DNA of 64,000 nucleotides from Paramecium tetraurelia. Its lineage: Eukaryota. Positions within the stretch are counted from its first letter, which is position 1. Each line of letters begins with the position of its first letter. Positions 26,109 to 38,168 of this stretch are shown here, in pieces. The notes beneath the pieces are model-generated. The model had not been told where the DNA came from. It made no database searches and saw only the letters and a program-made list of their open reading frames with translations. The translations under genes and the position numbers were made by a program. The DNA lies in assembly GCA_000165425.1 (NCBI GenBank), contig CT868152.1, positions 434,001 to 498,000 on the forward strand, written 5' to 3'.

Positions 26109-26979
26109 ATGAGTTAGAAATTAGAAATTATTGGAAGAAAATTGGTGGTAGTGCTCGCAGCCAGTGTTTATTCTATCCATTATTGGATTAATTTTAATCT
26201 ATGGATAACTGAAGAGTTAAGCATACTATTGTATGTACATATGATTACTTTGAACATCGTTTTCTTAATGCTTTTCTGGTGTTTTATAGTCATGCTTATA
26301 ATCGATCCAGGAAGACCAAAAATGTAAATTGGCAGTATAAGATAGTGCAGATGAATATATTTAATCCCCGTTCTCAAAGAAAGTATACTGCGATAAGTGT
26401 AAATGCTAAAAGCCAGAGCGTTGTCATGTATAATTTCAAAATAAATTTAAGCATTGTTCAATTTGTGATCGCTGTGTGTTATAAATGGATCATCATTGTC
26501 CATGGATAAATACATGTGTTGGCTATTAGAGCAGAAAATAATTCATATTGCTCTTATTTTATGCATTGTTATTTAATTTCATTACAGTAGTAAGTACAAC
26601 TAAAACATATTTGCTTTCATTTAGATTTTCAATTTTTAATATGATTTATGCATTGGCTTGCATAGGTAACTACGTTTTGGTATTTTTGCTTTTTAACTTT
26701 CTTAAATATCACATTGAGTTATTATAAAAGAATCAGACAACTCTAGAAGATATAATTAGTAAAAATAATTAAACTAATTTTAATTTCTATGATATTGATC
26801 CTCATACAAATGTTACCTAGATTTTTGGATAAAATAAATCCTTATGGTTATTTCCAATTTATTCTGGTGTTGGATGTAATGATGGACATACATTCCCTAA
26901 AATTGATTATAAGGGTATGTAAGCTTCTTCTCCGCAAGTTGTTTCAGTGTAAGAATTCAATTTATCATAGCTTTTATGA
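26109..26979 (+). CDS. DHHC palmitoyltransferase
   Basis: DPG motif, [43 protein letters not shown]. Confidence 0.95.
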
Positions 26980-27209
26980 ATAATAGTATGTAAGTAGCGA
27001 TAAAAATAAAAATGAGAATTCAAATATTTAAACTATATATAAAAGAGGAACTGAGAAATAGAAAATAAGCGAAATTAAAATGAATTGATTCACTCTCTTA
27101 TTAATTTATTTTTCTTTCCATAAGAAGAAAATGTATACATAAATCTCAAATATAGATTATCTTATTTATAAATATTATGTTTTCTTTATTATTTGTAACA
27201 CAATTAAAT

Positions 27210-28015
27210 TCATTAATCCTTAATTGCTTTTTTAACTAATTCTATTTGTAATCTTCTCTTTTTTAATTAATCTGCAGTTAGCTTTATCTCTTTCTTTGGG
27301 ATAGTTTGCTTTAACTTTAAAGTTCTTAATTTAATACTCTTTTTAAATATATCATCTTCTTTTTCTACAACTCCTTGGTTAAATCCATATTAATCAACTT
27401 CGACCTCTGGCTATTTTATTACTTCTGGTAAATTGAAATTTGCAATTGTTTCCCTAATTGTTTTCTCTAACTTTTGCTTTTCCTCCTCAACATTCCCAGT
27501 TCCTTCAATCTGCTATTTTGTTTGTTCTCTTGATTTTTCAAAGTATTCCTTCTCAGCTTACTCATCATCTGAACTGCTTTCTTATTAATCTTACTTTGCT
27601 TCCTTTCTAATCAATTCTAAGGCAATCAGGTCAAGCAGTTAGTTTTGTGAAATCATCTCTGTTTGAAATAATTGAAAATCAAATAAACAGATATATTGGA
27701 TGATAGTGTCCTAAGCATAATTTTTCAACAATTCTTTAATATTCTACAATAGTTTCAATATCAAATACTTTCTTATACTTTTCCTAAGACTCATTTGATA
27801 TATATTTAATCGTAATTGGTTACAAAGACTCTTGAAATTTCTTTAGATAATTTAAAATTATGATTTACTTTATGCAATTCTTATTGCTAATTCAAATTCT
27901 ACTAATTGTCTTAAAATTGAGATGAAAATTAGTAAACAAAATTCTTATAAGCTGTCTACCACTCTTTGCTACTCAAAAGTCTTATGATATCTAAATCCTA
28001 TGTAGTTGCTTTCAT
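27210..28015 (-). CDS. BART-domain, CFAP36-like ciliary protein
   Basis: LLSSKEWQTAYKNF...DFQLFQTEMISQNQLLDLIALELI resembles the CFAP36/BARTL1 N-terminal domain; TGA 27210-27212. Confidence 0.55.
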
Positions 28016-28490
28016 TTTGTAATTTTTTATAAATAAATAAATAATATTTTGGAAGATTTCTTCTAATAAGTAAAGGAGGGATCAATAATAATTCTTAAGA
28101 TTATTTAATTTATTTGAAAAATCATTATAATATAATCAAGATTCTGCATAAAATTTAAATAAATCTCATAATAAATGATTTAAGGTTTGACTCTTTGATA
28201 TGGGATTACACACAAATTTATTACACTTTTATCAATCAAGTAAATATATATATCATCTTCACTGAATCCCCTTTAATATTCAAATCTATTGATAAATTTA
28301 TTGCAAAATGGATTATGATTATGTTAAGAATATGGATAAGTGAAATTATTAAATGGTAACATATACGAATACAAATTTATTTAATATATTAATTTTGATG
28401 AATAATTTAATTTGAAATATTATGTTTAACTCATGAGTTGAAAATCAAATAATTGCACCTCTTATGAAATATAAATTTTATTTATATTTT

Positions 28491-29042
28491 ATGAGACATC
28501 AAAATAATCACATTTAGAACCTACATTTGATTGCTGCAAGACTTAGCGCTGCAAAATCTACTTAAAAATCCTTCTTGAATGAAAGTTGCTAGATATTAAC
28601 CTAATAAACCAATTTATCAATCAATTAATCATTTAGCAGTCCTAAATATGTGTCCAATCAACATTCGTTTATATTACCGTAACCAGTTAATTCAAGCATG
28701 AGCATGAGAGACACCTAGTAGAGTTACAAATGTAGTTCTCCATCAATGAGAGTGCAAACAGAAAAGAATGAGAAGGATGATAAAAAACAGTAATAATTTA
28801 TTGAAGCGACCTTTAAATTATTAGCCTAAAACGAAAAGTTAGAGAAATTGATAAGTTAATAAAATGAAATGCTTCAGATGTATAGAGATGATAAAAAAGA
28901 ACTCGAAATCACAATTAAGAGATTGAATTAAGAAATTCAGTTTCTCAAGGACACTAATTATAAATAAGTCTCTTTGTTAGAAAAATAATTAAAACAAGTG
29001 AAAGGAAACTCGTATTATCTTCCCAAAAAGCTTTTCAAATGA
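28491..29042 (+). CDS. Hypothetical protein with C-terminal coiled coil (183 aa)
   Basis: Intronless 552-nt TGA-free ORF, MRHQNNHI...LPKKLFK. Confidence 0.65.
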
Positions 29043-29375
29043 AAGTTCTATGATAATTTTATTTATAAATTTTATTGTCTAAAAAATGAAAAAATCTAAT
29101 TTTCTAGAAATAAGCTGTAATTTCATATAGATTTATAGTTTGTTAATAACTGACTCAAAATTTTCATAAGTGACTTTATACATTCTATAATTTTGGTTTA
29201 TATTATTGATAAGAAACCCATTACTTTAGAACTCTTGAATCTCAACCCTTTTAGAAAACAATTTGTCCATTATCAAAGTAAAGAGTCAATAAAAAGGTAG
29301 TTATTGATTCTTATTATTAAGAATTGGAATCGTGCATTAAAATATATATTTTATTTTTAATTTAACATTATAGGA

Positions 29376-31239
29376 ATGGGATAATTTTTAAGTTCTCAAT
29401 GTTGTGAAAAGAAAGTAGAGCCACCTAAGTCTCTGTTATAAGAAGGCTAATTGTTGAACTTAAACCAAGATTATCAATACTTTTTTAGTTAAGATTGGTT
29501 TGGAGTTGACAAACCATAATTTGAACCATAAAAATTCATCTTCATTTATCCTGGTTATAAGGAAGACTAATCATAAATGGAAAAATTTTGGTCGAAAGCC
29601 GATACAATAAATTTAAGACATGGAGAATTGGTTAGGTAAAAAGGAAAAGTTTTGAATAAGAAATGGCAATATTTATTTAGAAAGTAATGACATTCAGTAA
29701 TCAATAGAGGTGTTCCATGTTCCTTGGCTAAAAAAATAATATTGGATACTTTTAGATTGACTTATGTTGATTGCGAAGCAGAATATTTATCTGCTCTGAA
29801 GGTTGTATTCAAAAACAAATAAATTCCTAAAACATTTAAGAATGTACCTCTTTTTGGTTGTAATACAAACGAGGATGATGATGAAGAATTTAATTACTTA
29901 AATGAAAGTGAGAAGAAAATCTAATTAATACTGAAAGTGTAGATTTTGAATTAATAAGGAATGGAAGCCTTAATTAGGTTACTTTGGATTGTGAACAATT
30001 TAAATCATTTCTTGGAATATAACCCAATGCTCCTCCATATAATAGTTATGCTTTTAATATTCTTAAGTGAGGCTTAGACTTATTGTGTATTGCAATTTAT
30101 GATTAAAGATTCATAATAAAGTTTAACTGATAATCAGACAAAATAATAACTACGATGGCATCTCATTATGAATGAGGAACATTTTAAAGAGTAATCATTA
30201 AATATATGAATAGAACAGCCACCACATTTTATGAAACAGTGAGTAGAAGAAGTAAAACATTTAGTACTATTTATTAATTGATGTAAAATATGCACTTTGA
30301 TTCATTTGAATTATTTTAAGAGATGTCAATTAGTTTAATGTTAACTTACTTACCATTTTCTGCTATCTTAAAAATATTCATCATTTATCTAAATGAAGGA
30401 ATAAAGATATATTTTAGAATGTTTTATTCTGTTTTAAGATATGTTGCAGATGATATAAAGTCATGCAAATCAAGCTCTAATTTAAAATCTATTTTAAGAA
30501 AGAAACTAATGAATTTAAACATAGAAGAATAAAACAATATTATTAAATAAGCATTTAAATTAAGTCTAAGTGAAAGTGAATAAGTTAAATCCTTTATGAG
30601 AACAACAGTCTCCTACACTAAAAATTAGCCTTGTTATTTACCCATACCATCTCAGGCATCAGACTTAATTACAAATGAATAGGCATTTATAGATATATGA
30701 TATTTAGCTAGTTTGAAATATTATGGGATTGGATGTCGAATATGTACAAATTAAGTGATCCATTTTTAATATTTGCCTCGAAGACTGATGGGCATTCATT
30801 AAAATATTTGTACACAAAATGCCAAGATTTAAATGACTATCCAGTTCTCTTGGTGATCTAAACAAATTAAAATATTGTACTGATTTGAATTATTATAATA
30901 GATATTTGGTGCATTTTGTGATAAGATGTTGGCTGTGAAGAACAAGTATGTAGGCTCTGGTGAAACCTTCCTCTTCACTTTGTCACCAGAAGAGAGAAAA
31001 TATAATCCAACATCAGGTAATAAGGATTTTATGATGTGTGCTCCAGACTATTTAGCATTTGGAAGTGGAAAGTAGTAGATTATTTAATACTTAGAAATGG
31101 ACCAGCATTTTAAATTGATTCAGAGTTGAATAGAGGGTTTACTTATCAGAGTGATACTTTTGATAATCCATTGTTCACAGACTAGAAAACTTAAAATAGA
31201 TTCAAATGCTTATGCATTGAAGTTTATTATCTAAAATGA
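29376..31239 (+). CDS. TBC-like plus TLDc domain protein (TBC1D24-like architecture), predicted N-acylated
   Basis: MGQFLSSQCC start; TLDc motifs FASKTDGHSLKYLY, IFGAF, YVGSGETFLFT, IDSELNRGFTYQSDTFDN. Confidence 0.85.
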
Positions 31240-31256
31240 TATTATATATATTATAA

Positions 31257-32106
31257 ATGAAATATATAGTGTTAATATTTTTACTTTAGCTTTTCTCATT
31301 AAGTTTATCTGAAGTTGTCGTAACACCTAAAATTTAATGCAGAGCATAGGAGTGTGAGGGTGATAACTTCTGTTTTTAAGGGTATTGTACATCTTGTGAA
31401 ATTACTAGAAGATAATGTATTTGATTCAAATTATTCATTTAAAGGGAATCAAGGAAAACCATTATGGGGAACCAAAGTTGGCGAGGCTATTAAAGTGCCT
31501 GCATATTCTAATTTCGGAGATCCAAATGTTTTAGACACTAAGAAAGATGAATTTTTAGAAGACTCTAAAAGAATTTTTGGAGAAGAAGTATATGTCGGAT
31601 AAAAGTAAATTGTTGTATTTATTTGAAGATATTAATGCGTTCAATTTGCCAGACGATTTTGGATCGTACATTATAATTCAACCTTTGGATCTGTTAATTA
31701 TGCTGAATAAATATTTTACCTTTAGCAAGCATATAATTTTAATACAAAGCAATCCTTACAATTAAAGAAATTCTAAAACGGAGATATCCACCCTCCCTAA
31801 TAAGGTGACTTATTGATTTGGAAAAAGGATGAAGAAGAATTTCCTTATGGACATGTTGCAATCGTTATTTCTGTTGAAATGGAATCAAGTTACCCTCATG
31901 TGTTGATAGCAGAATAAAATTATGATTAATCATGGGATGCAAGAAGCTTTTCCAGAGCATTAAGACTTATTAAAGGAGAGAATAATGAAATTACGATTTC
32001 CAATAATAGATAGATCTTCCCAACAAGAGAGGATTTGAAATGTAGAGATACTGAAGTTACATCTTAAGGTGTTATTTTGGGTTGGGTTCGTTTGAATATT
32101 TAATGA
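31257..32106 (+). CDS. Secreted CHAP-domain cysteine amidase (glutathionylspermidine amidase-like)
   Basis: Signal peptide and Cys-rich N-terminal module, then GQKYQCVQFARRFW, GDLLIW, PYGHVAIV, IAEQN, ILGW; two short introns. Confidence 0.88.
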
Positions 32107-33124
32107 ATAAATTTATAAATCAAAATACTATTGAAATTTATTTTAGATGCTATGTTAGTTATATTTAAGTAGCTCTAATGATCTATTTTATGTAATTGTA
32201 GCAATTATTAGAGTTTCAATTTTTATTATAAAAAGAATGTATATAAATTCTTTTCATATAATACTTATAATTTTAAGTTTGATACTAAAAACAAAACCAT
32301 AATTATACTTTTCAACGACCAAGAAAGGAAACAATTATTGATTCTTGCATTTAAAATGGAGAGATAATAAGACTACCAAAGATTTACCAAATTATTTTAT
32401 TAAAAAACTATCAAGGTTAAAGTCATTTATAATTTTGGTTCTAAAATTTCTACGAAAACAATATTATCTATATTTAAGTACATGAGATTTCATTATTACT
32501 CTATGAGTATTTTATTTAATGATATTTTTTCATTTCAATATTTGATAAACTCTTTATTAAATAATGATTCTCCATCCATTAATTTTAACGACAATCTTAT
32601 TTTTTAATTTTTACTAATAAAATAATTTGTTAATATTTCAATAATTTAATATTAATGGGTTTCTTATGTTTGAAACCATTGTCACTCATTTTCCTTTTAA
32701 GTAATAAGAGGGTCTTCATTTCAAGAAATAATTTGGTTTGCTACTTGATTACCAAGAATTTTAAGTTCCCAAAAATAATTTAAATCAATAAAAGTTATTG
32801 TCGCATAGAGTTTTGAGTATTTTTAGTGGATCAATACCTTCCAATATAATTCTGCATGGAGTCACGAAGAATTTAGCTAATTTAAAGCATTACATTATTC
32901 ATAAGAAAATGATATTTAAATGCTTCGACTATCCTACTATATAGAATATATACTATACTAATTTGAGGTTAAAAAGAATTGGACAATTAAATGACAAAGA
33001 AATCGTACTTTTGATATAATACTATTGCTTATTATTATTAAATTGTATGACGCATTATCAAGAGATAAAAGTAAACTGATAGAAGGGTATTAAGCTTTAA
33101 TATTTACTACAATTTCATTAACTC

Positions 33125-33548
33125 ATGCCCATTCTTGCTGATTTAAAATATTAAGTTGAACTTTAAATGAAGAAGACTTAATCTAACAGAGTTGCCCCCA
33201 GTCCGAAGGAGAAAGTAATGCTCTTGACCCGTATTCTCTATGAAAAGAAACCAATTAAAGAAGTAATTTCATATAAATAACAATTTATAGGCTTGTGAGG
33301 AGTTACGAATGTCATATGCCTGGGGTAAGGCCATATGGTCTGAGCACATATCCCAATATAATAAATCAAAAAAACTATATAAAAAAAAAAATGATTCTCC
33401 CAAAACTCCCCCCAGCGAGACAGAATAAATCACTAAAAAGGTCGCCGGCGTCAAAATGCTTCCTTAAGGACAACACATCAGCAAAAAATTCCACATTCAA
33501 ATTTTAATTCATGGGAATCCTGTCGTCTCTAAAAAGAGTTTTGATTGA
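33125..33548 (+). CDS. Small HTH-type putative DNA-binding protein
   Basis: KEKVMLLTRILYEKKPIKEACEELRMSYAWGKAIW after splicing one 28-nt intron; TGA 33546-33548. Confidence 0.6.
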
Positions 33549-34553
33549 GAATAGAAAGCCGGGCTGCACCTTGCTTTCTTGTATTTTCTTAATTCATGCT
33601 TTCTCGTTTATTCTCCTTCTGGAGAATTTACTTCTGAACAGCATAATTATTTTTTATCAATTTTATAATTTTATTGACCTAAATATTAGAAATGGTCTTT
33701 AGGCATCTTAGGATTTAAGCTTGAAGAAATTCTATTTTATTAATCAACTCCATTGTTATATATCCTCAAGTCCCAAATCAATTGATTATTCAAATTTCAA
33801 GTTATGCTAACCCAAAGTTAATAAGATTGTTCTTCAATATCCATTAGTAATTATCATTAAAATATCAAAATAAAATGTATCTTTCTTAATTTGATATTAA
33901 CCAATTCAATTTTAGAATACTAATAGATTATAGAGTTGAATAATTTTCTAAATAATGAAACCATTTTTTATTATCATAATCACTGTAGTATTTTTTCGTT
34001 ATTATTAGAATATCTACTTAAATTCATTATTATTAAATGTTGAATTACATCACAAAATATCTTTATTATATTAATTTATTAGATAAAATAAATGAAATTT
34101 ATATGTTATTTTTAAGGAAGGTTAGAAATATACATTCACGATTACAACAGTATTTTCATAAGACTAGGCTTGATAATCATTATTCATAAAGCTCTAGTTT
34201 TGATGAAATACCTTAAAACCTGTTTCTAAAGTCAAAACATCTGTATTATTGTTATACTATTGAAAAATATTTTCTAAATTTAAAGCAAAATAAAACTGAC
34301 CCCCACTTTTTCATTTAAATGATGAACAAACTATTGAAAACAATCCCTCTAGTAAAGAAGCTAAAAGTTATTATCAAAATAAGTGATGTAATGATGTGAA
34401 AATGACTTCAACCATGAGAAGGGTTAATGTATATAAAAGTAAGGAATAATTAGTTTGCGTTGATAATTATTGCTAACTTAAGAAAATTGAATACAATTTT
34501 TGGATTAATCTACAATAAAATATAGATGATATTGGGTATTAGATGTATCCAAA

Positions 34554-37500
34554 TCAATATGTTTGTTAATATAATAATTTCAATTAATTCGTCAAATTTA
34601 TCATTGATTTTATTTCTTAGAAATTGTAATTATACATCTTTTGATCATCTAGATTTTTCGGAATTTTCAAAATCTTTTCTATTTCGTCCAATTTATCTAG
34701 AGTATAAGCTAAGAAACCATCCATATTTATTTATACTTTTGTTAATTTAATAACTTGAATCTTCTGGATTTTTCTAAATTGCTGAATCATAACATTCTAA
34801 TGCCTCTTCAAATCGTGTCATTTAATCTAAAGTATTGCCTAAGAAATCATCCATATTATATGATACCTTTGCTGTTATAATAACGTGAATCTTCTGGATT
34901 TTTCTAAATTGCTGAATCATAACATTCTAAAGCCTCTTCAAATCTTTTCATTTTATTTAATGTTAAACCTAATAAATCACCATCAATTATACCTTTGCGA
35001 TAATAAAATTCAGAAATCTCTGGATTTTTCTAAATTGCTAAATCATAATTTTCCAAAGCTTCATCGGTAAAGTTCAAACTTTCTAGAGGAATCGCTAAGA
35101 AATCATCAAAATGTATTCATACCTTTGTTAATATAATATTATGAATTTTCTGGATTTATCTAAATTGCTGTATTATAATTTTGTATAGCTTCTTCAAAAT
35201 GCTTCATTTTATTTAATGTCGTAGCTGAAAGATCATCTATATTACATTATACCTTTGCCATCATAATAATCAGAATTTTCAGGGTTTTTCGAAATAGCTA
35301 ATTCATATAATTTCAAAGCCTCTTCAAATCTGCGCAATTCAACTAGAGTAAAAGCTAAGAAATCGTCCATTTATAATTATACCTTTGCGATAATAATGCT
35401 CAGAAATTTCTGGATTTTTCCTAATTGCGGAATCAAAATATTCTAATGCTTCTTTGAATTTTTTCATTTCATATAGAGCACTAGCTAAGAAATTATCCAA
35501 ATTATCATACCTTTATTAATATCATATACTAAATTTTATTGATCGTTCTGAATTGCTAAATCTTAATTTTGCAAAGCTTCTATATAACGATTCATTTTCC
35601 CTAATGTCAAAGCTAAAAGATCATCTATATTACATTATACCTTTGCCATTATAATAATCAGAATTTTCAGGGTTTTTCGAAATAGCTAAATCATAAAATT
35701 TCAAAGCTTCTTCAAATCTGCTCAATTTAACTAGAGTATTAGCTAAGAAATAATACATATTTAATGATACCTTTGTTGAAATAATACATTGAATTTTATG
35801 GGTTTTTCTAAATTGCTGAATCATAACTTTGCAAAGCTTCTTCAAAACGATTCAGTTTATATAATGTAGTAGCTATGTAATCATCGATTTTTAATTCTAC
35901 CTTTATGATTATAATAGTCGGTATTTTCTGGATTTATCTAAATTGCTAACATATAAATTTTCAAAGCCTCTTCAAATCTATTCATTTTATGTAATGTAAA
36001 AGCTAAGAATTCATCCAAAATTGATTATACCTTTGTGATAATAATAGTCAGAACATTTTGGATCTACCTAAATTGCTAAATCATAATTTTCCAAAGCTTC
36101 TGAAAACTTTCTCATTCTATCTAGTGTATAAGCTAACAAATCATTCATATTGTATTATACCTTTGCGATAATAATAATCAGAATTTTCTGGATATTTCTA
36201 AATTGCCGAATCGTAATTTACCAAAGCTTCTTCATATCTCTAGACTTCATTTAAAAATAGTAGCTAAGAACTTTCAAAATGTAAATTGTACCTTTGTCAA
36301 ATATAATGCCTTGAATCTTCTGGGTTTAGTTAAATTGCGAGATCAAAATTTACCAAAGCATCTTCAAATTTGGATTAATCTAAATTTGTTTTCAAATATA
36401 TTGAAAAATAATGAAATCGCTAGGTAATCATCTATATTTAATTTTACCTTTGCCAACCATAAAAGTCAGACACCTCTGGGTCCTTCTGAATAGCTAAATC
36501 ATAATTTTCTAACGCCTCTTCAAATCTTTTCATTTTACTTAGAGTATTTGCTAAAATTCATTCATTAATAATACCTTTGATATAATAATACCTGGAAATT
36601 TCTTTGTTTTTATAAATTGCCAAATTTGAATTTTCCAAAGATTCTTCAAATAGATGCATTTTATTTAATGTAATTGCTAAGTAATTATCAATATTGAATT
36701 CTACCTTTGCGATTATAAGAGTCAGATATTTCTGGGTTTTTTGAAATAGCCAAATTATAATATTTCAAGGCTTCCTCAAATCTTTTCAGTATATCTAGAG
36801 TATTTCCTAATAAATCTTCCATAATATAATATACCTTTGTTATTAATAAGGATAGGATTATTTGGATCTTTCTAAATTGCTAAATTATAATATTTCAACG
36901 CCTGATCAAATTTTTTCATTTCGTTTAAAGTATTTGCTAAGAAATTATCCATATTAAATGATACCTCTGCAATTATAATAACATGATTCCTGTGGATTTT
37001 TGTAAATTGCTGAATCATAACATTCTAAAGCCTCTTCAAATCTTTTCATTTTATTTAATGTTAAACCTAATAAATCACCATCAATTATACCTTTGCGATA
37101 ATAAAATTCAGAAATCTCTGGATTTATCTCAATTGCTAAATCATAATATTCCAAAGCTTCATTTAATCTGTTCATCTTCTCTAGAGGAATAGCTAGGAAA
37201 TCATCAAAAAATGGAATCATACCTTTTTTAATATAAAAATAAGCATTTTTTGGATTTTTCGAAACGACTGATTTAATTGGAGCGTACTAATCGAAATGAT
37301 ATATATTAAATCGAATTTTGGTGTTGCAGTACACATTTAATCGAATTTAATTTTTCTTTGCTTATGAATCTTTGGCTAATTTTCTCTAAACTTTATTTAT
37401 TGCTACTTTTAATTCTTTGTTGTACTTTTATTGGCTTTACATAGTTTTTATAGCTATTTGTATTTTAGATTTATTTTTTACAATTCCAAAGCAAGCCATT

Positions 37501-38168
37501 ATTCTTTTTGGATTTTATGAAACAATTAATCTTGAATTATTGTTAAATGCAATAAAATCATAAAAATTATCGCAGATAGATGCTTAGAATTACTTAGATT
37601 AATTAGATAATAAGGTAGATCCGTTTAAGTGACATTTCAAAAGATTTTCTTATTACTACTAAGTATTTCTAATACTAATATTTTCTAAAGAGCATTCTTT
37701 ACAGTCAATCTTCATTTCGATTAATAAATGAAGAGAATTTGATCCACTCTAAATGAATCTCATATCTAAGGCAGTTAGATGAACTAAAAATCTGAGAAAT
37801 TCTATAATTTTCTTATCAAATGATATTTTTATGATGAGATCCTTTTTAATTTCTTCATAATTATCTGTTGAGTAATTTTATTAATTAAATTCATGATCCC
37901 TAATTTATTTGAGAACATCAGTTATTCTCTTAATACTAATTTCTGAATTGAAAGTCTATTCTTTATTAAGCAGCAATAAATTATCGACCTTTTATCTTTC
38001 TATTTACAAAAGGATTTGATTTTGATCTTATGAAAGAAATTCTAGGCAGTCTTAAATTTTCTCTTTTTTTAATACGTAAATGAGGATAGGAAAGAATACT
38101 TTATCAAGATCTTTAGATAAAATCAACACCTTATACAACTCTTCAACTCTCTCCTTTTAGCAATACAT
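34554..38168 (-). CDS. Multi-exon TPR-array gene (about 20 TPRs, three frameshifted central exons) with in-frame upstream WD40/pentapeptide-family-like domain; possibly a pseudogene or two genes
   Basis: Repeat consensus A.TL.KM.RFEEAL..YD.AIQKNPE.S.YY..K. Twenty GT-AG phase-1 introns between 34709 and 37222. ATGs at 37499 and 38168 are in the same TGA-free frame. The 3' end is uncertain. Confidence 0.8.
34709..37222 (-). repeat. Tandem array of ~130-bp units (102-nt exon plus 24-30-nt intron)
   Basis: Donor positions 34736, 34866, 34992, 35122, 35252, 35382, 35510, 35640, 35770, 35900, 36030, 36160, 36291, 36447, 36574, 36704, 36834, 36964, 37090, 37222. Confidence 0.95.

Noticed and set aside
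36370..36419. Extra 26 nt in one TPR exon as a retained 26-bp IES
   Set aside because: The excess resolves into separate +1 and +25 changes, and I found no TA-bounded IES-consensus ends.
34709..37222. CRISPR-like repeat-spacer array or non-coding satellite
   Set aside because: The units translate to TPR repeats with canonical splice sites; the context is eukaryotic and no cas genes are present.
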